64,000 nucleotides of DNA from Takakia lepidozioides (taxonomy: Eukaryota > Plantae > Bryophyta). Within the stretch, counting starts at the first letter, position 1. Every line of letters starts with the position of its first letter. Positions 22,910 through 36,102 of this stretch are shown here, piece by piece. Below the pieces are notes generated by a model. The model searched no databases. It was given only the letters and a program-made list of their open reading frames with translations, and was not told the DNA's origin. Location of the stretch: assembly GCA_030704615.1 (NCBI GenBank), contig CM060732.1:31620001-31684000 (forward strand), read 5' to 3'. Made by a program: the position numbers and the translations under genes.

Positions 22910-25900
22910 CTACCTGACATCACTTGCAACATTTTCCTCTGTTGTTTCACCTTCTGGTACTTCTGTGGCTGCAGCAGTTTCTGGAGTATCCTGATTGGTC
23001 TTTTCCTGACTTATTTCCTCCTGTCCAATATTACTCAATTCCCTGTTCCCAGTTGCCAGCTCGCCGTCCACTGGTTGTCTCAACTGCGATTCTTCCTTCG
23101 AGCTGTGTTGAGGGATGTCACTTTTCCCCAAGGCCAAAGTAGGTGAGCTTGAATTATCATTTAGGGGTTTGGTTCCCGCACTACCTACATTGGCATCAAC
23201 TGTTTTGGCCTCACTCGTTTGCTCCGGCTTAAGAATATTCGAACCTTCCTCGGAATGAGCTGGTTCATGATCATTGCCTACGGCTCGTACACCTCCCTGT
23301 GCAGATGGGATATTGCACACCCTCAAATGAGACATAATATGGTAAAAATTGGTGCTCCAAAGACAAGCTTGCAATGACTAGGCATGACCAGGTACTGACT
23401 TCAAAGGGATCTATACCTCAAACCTCTGTGCTTCAGGAAGGCCAAACATGCACATGATTTTAACTTTCAAGAAGGAAACATACATAAAAGGAGCGTAAAG
23501 ATTCAACCAAACATAGGATTAAGCTCAGAGAGGGAAAAGAGTCGAGGCTGATTGCCGTTCACTCAAATGTCTATGGGACCCATTGGCCCATGTGTGAGTT
23601 ATTAATACCTGTCGGTGCTGCTCGCGTTGCTGCTGCGCCTGCTGTCTGGCTCTTTTCTCCTGTATAGCTCGCTGCCGATTTTCATAGAACTGGAAGTCAT
23701 CTAAAATGGATGTCTTAGCAGCGTACCCTTTGAAAATGTTGAGCATCTCAATCCCCTGTTCAAGTTTCACCTGCCATCAACATCCAGCAGAATTCTTCCC
23801 TTGGTGTTAGGGAAAAAATTCACTTTCACAACCCCCACATGTGTGGCATAACCCACTCATGGCAACTGGTGGGGATTCTGGAAAGTCCTCCTTGTTTGCC
23901 TGCTAGGAGGGCAGAAATCATGTGACATCATCCCTGACATTCCGTGGAAAGTCTACACTCTCTCATCAAGGTGGACCCATAAACAATGTGAAGGGCAAGT
24001 TACCCATTCTGCAGCACATATCAACAATACCATGTGAGGTCAAAGAGCTCACCTCCTGAGTGTCTCTACTGTTAGTTACAGGTTTATTGTCATTATTCTC
24101 AAGAATGATGTGGCGGAATTGGCAGTTCGGGATGTCCTTGATGATGTGCCACTTCACAGTGAACCGGCCATTCCACTTGTCTTGCTGCCAGAAGTCTACA
24201 CTCTTATCAAAATCTACAGAGCCTGCCATCTCAGCAACACCGCAGAACTGTCCACTTGCATTAACCTGACCAGTATAAAGCAAAGTATTAGTACGGAGAG
24301 CAGCGCTGGAAAGGCGATGCAGTTGGAAGTGCAAAGATAGTCAAAACTTGCTCCTTTTTCGAACTAAAGGAGCTCTCAAAATCTATGGTCCAAATGATCC
24401 GGAACTCTCATGAAGCAGGTGAGATTTCCGGTATGAAGTTAAGAGTACAGCTATGAGGAAGCAACAAAAAGCTTTACCGAGAAGAAGAGAAACACAGGAC
24501 AGCTCCATGGCTTGCCGCCAGCTTTGGTTTGAGCTTCCTGAAAGGCTATTTCCAGTCTCTTGTTCCCAGTGAGAGTACTGGCCCACACATTATACTTGAT
24601 GCTCTTATGCACATCATCCTCACTGTAGGACTTGATCACAAAAAACCTAGCATGTTCAAACGTGGTAACAAAATCCGGTCGATTGTATTGCTCTCTGTTG
24701 ACAAGAGAGTTGAGGGCCTCACTGTTCCCAGACGAGCTTGCCCCCTGCCCTCTGGTATGCCGCAGAACCCCTGGAGTTGTTCGCTGGTTCCTAATTCTGG
24801 TGGTTCGGGGTCCTCTGTTTTGCTCATTCAAGATATCAAGAGTCCCATTGCCATTGCTCACAGGTCCACTACCCCTTCCCCTCTGCTTCCCCTTATCCCC
24901 ACCAAGCCAACCCCCTCGCCCATTGGGTCTTGACTCGATCCCGTTGCCTCCTATGCCGCGGCCTGCTCTCCCTGGACCACTGGGGCCAATTCTTGATAGT
25001 GGTGGATAACCCCTTGCTAAAGTCCCAGGTCCAAGATTTGGAGACACTAATGCTGAAGCAAGCCGCTGCTGCTGAGGTGGTTGGATATGGATCTGGAGCA
25101 ACAAAATGGGATTTTAAACCACTTCAAAAACATGGTCCAAAACAGCTTTAAGATTGCAGACCCAGTGTGGGATACTGATGTTTCCAACTTGATGAATGAA
25201 GTTGTCATTGTCAGTGTGCCAAGACAGCGCAGCACCCTACCAAAAATTCAGGATCATGAAAATGCAACTGCTACTATACTTGGGAAGACAAGTAAAAAGC
25301 TGTTCTTATGCAGGAATTGATAAATGTTCCTTGCATGACTAGCTATCAAAGAAAAGGCATACCTGCAACGGAGCGATTGGCCTGAGAGTCTGAGCAGGAA
25401 GCCCAGGAACAGACAATTGTTGAGAAATAATAGGATGCATCCCTGCTGGTATACCAGGCCTCTGCTGTCCTTCTGTAATTTTCGTAACATCAGCCCAAGA
25501 GGGAGAACCTACCATCAAGCCCTCGTACCGAACATCTTGAGGGCCCGGAGTATGCACTGCCATTGGTAAAACGCCCCTAGCATATGATCCATGAGACGAA
25601 ATCAGAGCCACAGCGGGAAAGCCAGGCCTTGGCACTAAGCTGCCATTAGCTAGACCTCCGTTTCCGCCATCAACTCCAGGAGGCCCTGGCTCCCCTGCTC
25701 CTGATGTAGGAACTTCTCCCCCTGCAATTGCAGTAGGGGATGCCAAATATTGGGTGCCCGGAGATAATGGCTGCTGATAAATGTGGCTAGGATACTGGAA
25801 GGCCTGAGGACCATAGAGCTGCCCATCAGCCCCAATTGTTGGGACAGGTGTCCCTGGAGTGTAAGGACTATAGGATGGCTGTGATGCATAGCCATAGGCG

Positions 25901-28671
25901 GCCGGGAGAAATATTGAGCCGTTGTCGCTGTAAACACCCTGCAGGGTGATGAGATAAATAATATCAATATTTGTATCGAAAAATTTCAGTCTTGCAGTGA
26001 TGTTGAAAAGAAAATACAAGGCGCTTCAAGAAAACTCCACAGTTTTCCATGCAGTCATGGCCTGTGAGGCCATTTGTACCATTTGACTGATTGAGGAAAT
26101 TCATCTATCATACTCCTCCGTGTCTAACTCAAGTTACAGCTGTCTACAACACCATCTTTTGGGAATCCTAGCAACTACTTACAGGGGATGGAAGTTCCAC
26201 TCCTTCAACTCCTACGTATCGAGAATAGTCTTCCCATTCTCCTCCCATGCCAGCTTCAAACCCTGCTACATGCGAGATAATTAGTACGGAACTCTATCCC
26301 TTCCTGCACAATTGTATATTTTGGCCACAGATCTTAACCCTCTGAAATCATGATCCACAAGGGGAAAAAACCTCAAAAGCACTAGAACTAACCTCCATGA
26401 GGATACTCGTACACATATCCATGGGTAGGATAGCCGTTTGGTGCATAGTACACCCCTGGGTCCATGGATCCCTCATGAGTGCCATTGGTGCTTCCTGCAT
26501 CGCCAGTGCCACCTGATGCCGATGCGTCACCACTTCCGTCTGATGCATTACCATCTTGACTGGGAGGCGCCTGAATTGACACAGCAAAGTCTGCAGCTCA
26601 GACTACAAGTCCTGACACAGTCTGCACCGCACAGGGCTCTAAGAAGTGGTAACCTTTGCCGTTGTTAGGCACTTCGCAATTTAATGACCTCTTTCCCTAG
26701 AAGGAGGAGGGATGGTCTATTTCCACCTTGCAGTTTCAGCGTTTGTTAATTTCAACCTCTTGCTGATAGTGATAAAATCTTCTGACTCCAGAATAAGATT
26801 CCTCGGATGGGAATGAAAATGCCTAACTTCCATATTCTCTCCATCACCAGGTCTCCAATCATGTTATATGAGTGGCTGTGACGCTTACAAGCCACTATGG
26901 CAGATTTTGGACGCAACAAAATAAAAGCAAATACCAGTGACGTACCTCGCGGGTGTCACCCGACTTGTTTTGTGAGTCCACCTTCAAGTTTTGCAGCAGT
27001 TCGCTCACTTCTGAGAATTTACTTCACGTCAAAGGAAACTTCATCTGACATGTAAGATCAACAGTCCAAGAGCCATATATGATGCCCTACAAGGGTATGT
27101 GGCAGGGAAAATTCATCATATAGGGCAAGGAATCCCCACAGCGTACAAATATTAATCTAGACAGACGCCAGAAGCAGGCATGACGAAATTCGTGATGCGT
27201 CAGAATCGGGATGGTGATCATGGAGAGAGAAGCAGCACAAAACTGTCAGGACTTCAAAGACGCAAAATCCACACATCTCTGCGGAGCAACCGCATGCAAA
27301 CCATCGGGAAAGAATGCACCCTTCAGAGCGCATGAAAACGTTCTGAGCGCAATCGTTTGCTGCTCTACCCTAACTTGCACCACCACACAAGCAGAGCTGC
27401 TTAAACGGCCCCCCGGGAGCATGGGATGTTGCGCGGACAATTGCTTACAACAGCTCCCTCCTCACCTCCTAACCTCAGCCACTTTCTTGGCTCTGGTGCT
27501 CAGGTCGAAACCTACGTTCCTCCCCTCTGAAAAAAAATCTCCTGATAACGAAACCAACTTTGCTACTGTTCCTTAACGATGGCGAAGATGTGCTGTGCGC
27601 TATAGGTATTCAGCATAGCACTTGGAGGATAGACATGCTGTGCGGGAATATAGTGCCTGCACATCAAACTTCAGCATAGCACTTGCTATATCAAGAACCA
27701 GGAAGAATAGTCCGCGGGAAAGATACGCCTTCTGTTTTCTTGTTTAGGCATTTAGCAAGAAATGCATAAGAAGTTGATGATCAAATCCTTGACCGATTCA
27801 AACGATCTCAATCCGTGAAACTAGCGCAGAGAAGTAACCTCGACCGGGTCGTTGGCTGAAAACGAAGGTCTTATTATGCAGTTCTTCCAATCACAGAAGC
27901 TTGCTGCATCATGAAAAGTAGGATGCTAATTGCAAGGGTCGTCGTCCAGATTCACAGAGCCCAGGTGCGCGACCTTCGCTCTCCTGATAACAATGCAGGC
28001 ATGTATATGAACACCGTCAAGAACCACGGATGTAGGAATTTGTGGTCCACCAGAATATTCAAGTCCCAGACTGGCAGCCTGTAGACCTTTCAAGGACAGC
28101 TTTTCTATGCGGCAAGTCCTTCACCTGCTGGTGGGAGGCTGAACACTGTGAAGCCGATCAGCCTATCATGATTCCCAAGATGTTCCAAAGGAACCTGTTC
28201 GAAGTTTAGTTTAATCTGGCAGGCAATCATAAACCTTCAAGAAAGAACACACGCCCAACTGTGCAAACTCCATCCCGACCCAAGGCAGTCCATGCATGCA
28301 AATAACACGCTTCTCAAAAAAATTGTTGACAAGAGACAAAAAAGGGACAGCATGGACCACGCTCTTCCAAATGTAGACATTACTAGAGTACACATGCATT
28401 GCTAAGAAGCACATAGAATAGAAACGGGTGGGAGGGTGCGAAAGAAACAGAAGATGGAAGTCAACGTGGAATGCCAACGCTGTCCGACCAAGAAGACTTT
28501 TCGGAGCGAGTAAGCTCATCAGATATCCAGTTTGCACAAGGCTGTCACCTCCTTCATCCCACACACACTACAGCCATTTCACACACACAAGGAGGCCCTC
28601 CAAGCCAAACAATTTAGCACACGGTAGGCAATGAGTAGGATACGTTCTGCAGGCTGAGCGACTACTGCCAT
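22910..28671 (-). CDS. YTH-domain m6A reader (YTHDF/ECT family)
   Basis: Exon 1 MAVVAQPAE (28671-28644); [12 protein letters not shown]; Y/P/Q-rich disordered region; [10 protein letters not shown]; [38 protein letters not shown]; [31 protein letters not shown]; [17 protein letters not shown]; [14 protein letters not shown]. Confidence 0.95.
27011..28643 (-). other. U12-type (minor spliceosome) GT-AG first coding intron of the YTH gene
   Basis: 5' site GTATCCTAC; branch-like TTTCCTTTGAC at 27038-27028, about 18 nt from the CAG acceptor; no polypyrimidine tract. Confidence 0.75.
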
Positions 28672-31600
28672 TTCTCCTGGGAGGCCAAGCCTCGGAGACC
28701 AACCCGAGCGGCTTCCCGAACGATGATGCAACGAGCTAACAAAGGCTTATCAGCCTCCCAATTCCAGACGCCAACTTTCAAGAGTCGATGTAAGAAGCCA
28801 ACCCCAATCCTGAACAAACGAATTTCAAAGATATCCCCAAGCACGCTCCTCCTGGCAGCAACTCCACAAGCTTCCTACTCCCCCACTCCAACCAGAACTG
28901 TCTTGCCTCCAATTGAGACTCGGTCAGCAAGCAGCCCCCAACGCGGTTAACTCCGGAACTTGTGGTGCGGCAACCAGTCTGTGAAAACCAAAGATATCTG
29001 CATCGGTACACCTTCCGCCCCCCGTCCCTTCCCCTTCCGTATTATCACACTCTCAGCCAAAACTGCAACACAATTGGACTAATAACTGTCTGTAGATCCC
29101 TTCCCCCCCCTCTCCAACGACAGCAGCATCCACCGTAATGCAACCTCAGATCACACGCAAACGCAGTTCCGAAAACCTCTCAATCCGTCCCCGAAGGAAG
29201 AGCAAGTTGCGAGGGCGGCCAATACAACGGAAGTACACGCAGGGCTGGCCTCGCTTTGCTTGCTTGGAACGCAAAGCAGAGCAAGAGACGACGATCGAGG
29301 AAGGAAGGAAGAAGAGAGGGAGGGCAGGCAGGCAGGGAGGGGGCAAGCCCAGGCTGCAGCCTCGGCCCCACCACCGGTCTTTCCTCTCCCCCCAACCAAC
29401 CGTACTCGTAACTCGTAACTTTCCGCTCCTCGATTTACCTACCTATAATCGCTTTCTGCTTTTTAACGTTTCCTAATTATATATATATAGATATTATTAT
29501 TACTTTTCTTACAGAGCAGTCTGGACAACCAGCATGTAGCCCAGTGGTAAAGGGCACATACCACGTTGGATGTGGCATGAAGGTGTCCACCTTTCAGCTG
29601 GAAGGCACTAGGGAGATTGTAGCAGCCCTGATAAATTTTATTAGAAATTATTGTGGGGAAAAAATTAAAACCCCGGTTTAGTTTTTGAAGTTTTATTTTA
29701 TACAGAACAGGGGACAGAGGCCCTGATACCTTTATTTATTTATTTATTTATTTATTTAACAACAGGGACGGTGGCCCTGGAAACTTTATTACTTGATTAT
29801 TGAAAAACAAAAAAAAGGTATTGAAAGGTATTTATTTAAAGTTTTAAATATCGTCTATTCTGATGTATTTAATACGATCTTTTATTATAAGTATCCGCCT
29901 GCTTTTTTTGTTCTTTGTTTTTTTGCCGTCCCGCTGCGGCATGGATGGATGACAATTGCTGACCTGTAGTTTTGGATGGATGAAATAGTGGGTGGTGTTT
30001 GGATAGATTTTTTTCAACCTGGTGAAGAGGACAAATGATAAGGATAGTTATTGACGGACATGGGAAGGTGGGTCGATGTATTATTACCTATTATTATTTA
30101 AAAGTAATAAAAATACTTAAATTTTTGAGGCCATGTTGCCGACAGGACAAGCGTCTATGATGTTCAAGTTCCCACATCATATCGGAGCGTTATGACAATA
30201 CATCGCACGTGTCGGTGCCGCAACACTCATCTGCAAATCATATCATCATATTTCAGGGTCCAAATTTTACTCATCCATTGAGCAAGTCGTTATAGCTTCC
30301 GTTCGAGTTGTCAATAACCGGCCTCCCACCCCTTTTGGGGGGTGGGGTGGAGAGTGACATTGCGAAGGGGTCCACACTAAAACAAGTTGTCGTTGTTGTC
30401 GCTTCACCACCACCACAATTGAAACAAAGTCCCATCCCCTCGTGAATATAATAAATAAACGTAAAGCAAACTATAGTGCTTGCTTTACGCTCCGCACAAT
30501 GGTAATGTACCCGGCATTGTACCACAAAGCACAAAGTTTGGTTAGTTAGAGCACAATAAAAGGATGCAGCCCGAGATGCTACCGTCTTTTTTTTTCTTAA
30601 GCTACCGTCTTGCAAATGACTGGCATAAATAAACAGCTCCGGCTGCGCCCAGAATGGTAGGAAAAGAAAACATCCACAAAAGCCTGATATTATAAAGGGC
30701 TAATAATATACACTAAATGGGTGGGGCTATTTATCCCATAACACTTGTGGAACAAGCAGGCAAAGGGGCAGGCTAAAAGGAGGTCACATCCCCCCCTGCT
30801 GTATTCACTTATTACTAATTACCTGGGCCCCTCTGTTCCTCATATAAAATTTGTGACTCTGGCACGCAAAGCTCGGTCGTCCGCATGAATATTTTCAAGA
30901 CACCGGCGGGCACGGGAGACCCATCTTTTGTGTATTCCGCTCCGATTCCCACATCGTTGTCACTGACGGAGTGAGATATTTGTGCCATCCCCACCCCCTC
31001 CTTCCAGGACCAGGCTTGACCCTAAATTCCGAATCTGCACCGAACCTGAGCCGAACCTGGGAGGATTGGCGGGAGGCGTCCATTGGCGCCGGAGTTGGCG
31101 TAAGTTGGAAGGCGGGCAGCCGGTACGGGCAGCTTCGTGGAAACTTCGCGCACGTACACTCTTACGCTGCCCGCGGAGCGATCTCGTGACCACTGTCGAC
31201 ATCCACATCCGTGTCTAATGGATGAATGAATAACATCCATCCAGCTCGACTCCACATTGAGACCGTTAAGTTCAGATTTTTAAACCAACTCAGTTTTTTT
31301 GCAATAATAATATTTCACTCTCAGAGTCATTGACTGTAGTAAAACTTACCCACCGATCTTTTTCTCCCTCGCTCAAAATATTTGTTTCGCCACATATTTG
31401 TGACGTGGCGATTGGATGGACCCACAGCCCACGTTGAAGGCCTTCCCTTCCATGCATGCAGATCAACAGAACCCGACAAAACAAGCCCAAGTATTTGCAT
31501 CAGTAAATGGATCCAAACCAAACCCTATTCATCCATCATCGGTCATCGTCTGTACATCCATTGACGGCAATGCAGTGTAGCAGATGAACGTTGAGAATGT

Positions 31601-32147
31601 GGGTGGATGAGGATGACGTGGATGAAGGGTGCGGATGAGCAAGGGGGTTGGTGAGACAGGGACAGGGAGAGGTCAAAGCGAGACGCAGAGAGGGGTCATC
31701 CCTAATTATCATCACACTTGAATTCCAAACGTTGCACTGCGGTACTTGTCCAGAGTACCTTTTTATTAATTTGTTTATTTTGGGTGTTTTACAAAAGAAA
31801 AGGACGCAGTCCGGAGTGTAATCATTCCCCTAACTCGAGTTAATTCGAGTACACCTGATTTTAAAATTGCACGGCTTTCGTATTCATCCGTTCACTCGAC
31901 TCTTCATCTCCCGTGCATAGTTATCATCTACCACATCCATCCATCTACCGTGCATAGAAACATCTAGACCGTTAGATCTTTTTGTCCCATCGACGGCTGA
32001 AAACAGAGAAATTTGGATCGGCATGGATCAGATGAACGGAACCCACTTTTCTAATTATGGAAAGTTCATTTAATGTAGTCGCTATTTTAAGCCCAAAAGC
32101 AGATCAGAAGCCCCAAAATGAATCCAACCAGTTTTTTGGAAAATTGG

Positions 32148-34420
32148 AAAATAGCAGGAGTGGCTACTGAGTTTTGCAGGCAATATCTATATATTCTGTT
32201 CATCCATTAAAATTTGGATAAAATCATCATCCTCTCTATTTCATCCATCTATATCCTCCATTTTTGGCAAATTCATCCATACATATATTTTTGGTTTGGA
32301 GAAGTTTGGCGATTTCATCCATTAAAAAACAAGGAATTCTCGAATGAATATTCCATCTTATTTTCTGAGGTCGAAATTTGGCGATTATTCCCCACTAAAT
32401 GAATTTAGTGAGATCATAATTCGGTTTCGTGGTTGATTACTGAGTGCGTAATTAGGGTTAGAAGAGTCAAGGCGACTAAAACGGAGAAAGGATTTGATCG
32501 CGCTCGGTACACCGCTGATTTTATAATATCACATGTCCGCACAGCGACGGTACACAGCAATTATCATTGTGGCAGCGTCCTTCTCACGGGATATCATCTC
32601 GCGGCTTTGAACCCGTGACTCCTCCCACACTTTTGTACTGAACCAGACGGGGACGAATGTCATCCAACGTCACGCACCTCATCCATCGTACACGAACTGC
32701 GCGGCGCGCCGGGCCCGCCACAAAACCCGCGTGTACGCGGCTCTCGCGCTACCGCGCGGTCCCAACCGCGCGGTGTAGGTAGTAAGTTACTAGGCACTAA
32801 CCGGTTTGCGGGGTAAGTAGTAAGTAGTAAGTCGGTGCGGGGTGAGTTAGTGAGGTGATGCGACCATGATGAGGCCCGTTCCGTGGCTGTAACCGGCGTC
32901 CAGGGGCGGCTCCGACATGATGGCGATGGCCCTGGCGTGGGGGCCATGCCATGCCCATCATGACTCCATCGCCCTGCGCCATCCGTCACTTCAATCGCCG
33001 GTGGAATTTGCGAGTAATGAGTCGTGGCGAGACGGAGGGTACGAAGGGTCTGGCAAAATATCGGGGTTGCGATCGGATTTGTGTGTCTGCCAAAAGTGTG
33101 GCGAGGCGAAGGAGGCGAGAGAAAGATTTGGCAATCAAAGAGGGATGCATTGAATGCGGCAGAGGCAGTCAGAAGGCAGGGCAGGGTGAATGAACGAACA
33201 GCGAATGAATGAATGTCGAAGCTCTGACAACGAGGCAACGACGAAAAGCGATCCCACATTCACGCATTTGACTAGGTTCGGACACGCACCCTCCAACATC
33301 AATGCGGATAAAAGGTCGCAGAACGGAAGCTTCTTGTCTCTGCACACTGACTGCATGCACCAGTGATGTTTTTTTAAATTTGAAAAATAGCACTAGTGGC
33401 TACTAAGTCTTACAGGAAATAGCTATACTGTTCATCCATTGAAAATTTGGATAGAATCCTCCTCCTATGTACTTTCATCCATTTATATCATCCACATTTG
33501 GCGAATTCATCCATTATTATTTTTTATTTGTAGAAGTTTGGCGCAGCGTCCGGGAAATAATTTCAGTTGAACCAGCCAATGGCCCCTCATTCTGAGAACC
33601 AACCGGCTAAGTGGGTTGGGGAGTCGGTTGCTTCCCCTTAATGGTAACTGCGATAGTCAATTTCCTATGTGAACATACTCGGTAAATTTCCGAAGGTTTC
33701 AATTTTCACTCGGAAATCCTCAGAATCAGTCGGCTAGCATGTAACTAGCTGCCGGTTCTCCCCGTTGGTTGGTTTGGCGATTTCATCCATGAAAAAATAA
33801 GGTCTCTGCACACTGCACACCAGTGATTTTTTTTTAAATTTGAAAAAAAGCACTAGTGGCTATAGCTATACTGTTCATCCATTGAAAATTTGGATAGACT
33901 CATCCTCCGAAGTACTTTCATGCATTTATATCATCCAAATTTGGCGAATTCGTCCATTATTATTTTTTCTTTGTAGAAGTTTGGCGATTTCATCCATGGA
34001 AAAATTCGGAATTTATGACAGAATATTCCATTTTAATGTTTTGAGGTCGCACGCCCCTGCACACTCCCTTTTCCATCCATCCATCCATCATCCATCTCTC
34101 CTCCATCATCACCCAGGACTGGTTACAGGAGTCAATTATGGAACAGAACAATAGCACTAGTGGCTATTAAGTTTTACAGGAAATAGCTATACTGTTCATC
34201 CATTGGAGAGAATCATCTTCCTATGTACTTTCATCCATTTGTATCGTCCATATTATTCTTTCTTTGTACAAGTTTCATGCATAAAAAAATGGGGAATTTA
34301 CGACAGAATATTCCATTTTAATGTCTTGAGGTCGCACACCCCCTTTTCTATCCATCCATCCATCATCCAATCGCTCCTGCATCATCACCCAGAACTGGTT
34401 ACGGGAGTCAATTATGGAGG
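32148..34420 (+). repeat. Four diverged copies of a ~250-300 bp CATCCA-rich repeat unit
   Basis: Unit atagca..agtggcta..ctgttcatccatt.aaaatttggata..atcctc..ttcatccat..tttggc.aattc.tcca..agaagtttggcgatttcatcca starts at ~32148, ~33386, ~33846 and ~34150. Confidence 0.85.
33544..33771. mobile_element. 228-bp non-autonomous hAT-like element with an 8-bp target-site duplication
   Basis: GTTTGGCG at 33536-33543 and 33772-33779; sibling repeat copies read agaagtttggcgatttcatcc without the insert; starts CAGCG; internal AACCGG/CCGGTT motifs; TIRs degenerate. Confidence 0.7.
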
Positions 34421-36102
34421 GTAATAAGATAAGTTAAGGGGGGTGTCACCCGTGTCACCCCCACTTAATAATAATGTTCATTCATTCATCCCGTATTTAT
34501 ATATATGTGAGGGTTTGCTTAACGGTTGGTTTAAGAGGGCCAGCAGCTCGCTATACGGTTGACCTAATACGCTGCGTACATTGGATGCCACGTCCACCCA
34601 CGTCGCTGGCTATACTTGGCGAAACGAATCGTCTGCCGGGGAACTTTACCGGAGCCGGGTGTAGAGCCGGGCAGTTTGACGGCACGGACCGCGGCCCGAG
34701 AGTGGCGGCGGCGGCGACGGTGGAGTGCCGCTCAGCTTTCAACCATCGCCGCCCAGCTGCGCCGCGTACACTGCGCTACCGTATTGTACTCATGTACATA
34801 CACGAGGTGTAAGCGTAGTTACTGACACCTGTAGCGCACCTGTAGCGATTCCCTGCAACGGAGCGCCGGGACTCGACGCCCGGCGGGAAACCGGCAGGAA
34901 ACCGGTAGGCGACCGGCAGGCGACCGGCAGACGGGAGCGTACCGACAGGAGGCGACCGGGGCAGCCTGGCGCGCTTTTCCGTCTTTACGCCATCTTTTAC
35001 GCAGTACCTACGTGGACGTTTATACATTGAACCCAACATGTTATAGGGAGGGATAAGTAGAATACAAGTTGACCGTGGGTTAAGTGAATGTTAGTTTGAT
35101 TTGGTCGGACGGCGCATTAAACGAAGGCATGGGTTGATTATGTGGTGCCCTAATTACTCACACTTTTGGCGTGGAGGAGTGCAGAGCGAAGTCCACTTGT
35201 CGACCTGACCGCGGTTAGATTGTGACAGAGGTGGGTTACTGGTACCGAGGCTGTGGCTTGGTGATGGGGGTGGGTAGGTAGTGCAGCGAAAGGCAGGCGG
35301 TCCATGAATTAGTGATTCTTGGTTTGCATGCATTGCATAAGAGATTGATTCCTTGTTTCTGATGTCCTCTGATCTCGCTGCGTTTGGACTTAATTATTAC
35401 GAGGAATGGCGGTAGTTACGTAGTGATGACCGAGCTTGATACCAGAAACGGAATGTCATCAAAGAAGTGACGAGTGGCTCGTAAGAGAATGAGGAGGGAG
35501 AGAGCGAGAGAGAGAAAGAGAGAAGTGGGAGTGTCAAGGGTTGCGGAGGTTTCTGTTACTTACATTGGCGTTAAGATTACACACAACAGTTTGCTACAAT
35601 GCTTTCACTCAATTTCGAGAACTGCATCTAAACAAACTAAAGTGTGCAAGATTACAGCACAAAGCTGGAGTGATGCGCGATGACACCAGTTGCAGTTTCT
35701 TTCTGAATCTGCATTGTTCTTGCAGAGGGAGGCCTTGACCTCCATGCATTCGATGGACGTCTCCCGCCGAGGATGTTTATTATGATCCGAAGTGCCTAGC
35801 ATCCTACTACCTGCAGCAGGCACTCGTCCTTGGGCCCACATTTGAGTAGCTCTTTGGTAGTTTGATCTAACGATTGCTTTGCTTCTATTGATGGACTGAA
35901 TCCCCAGCACCTGCTAAGGGACTATGTGGCCAACTATGCCCTAAAATGGTTCACAGCTACCATTTTACAGGGACTGGTCGATTAGTGTAAGTTTTCTTCT
36001 GCGTGGATGTGGGGTCTACAGGCTCAAGGCTACCTGAAACTGCCAGCAATATTCCTCTGGCCCCCTCCCCCTATGGAGAACTGATAACTAAACAAAGGGG
36101 CA

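Noticed and set aside
32660-33259. 199-aa ORF in a GC-rich intergenic block
   Set aside because: Low-complexity composition with overlapping ORFs in several frames, as expected by chance in GC-rich repeat DNA.
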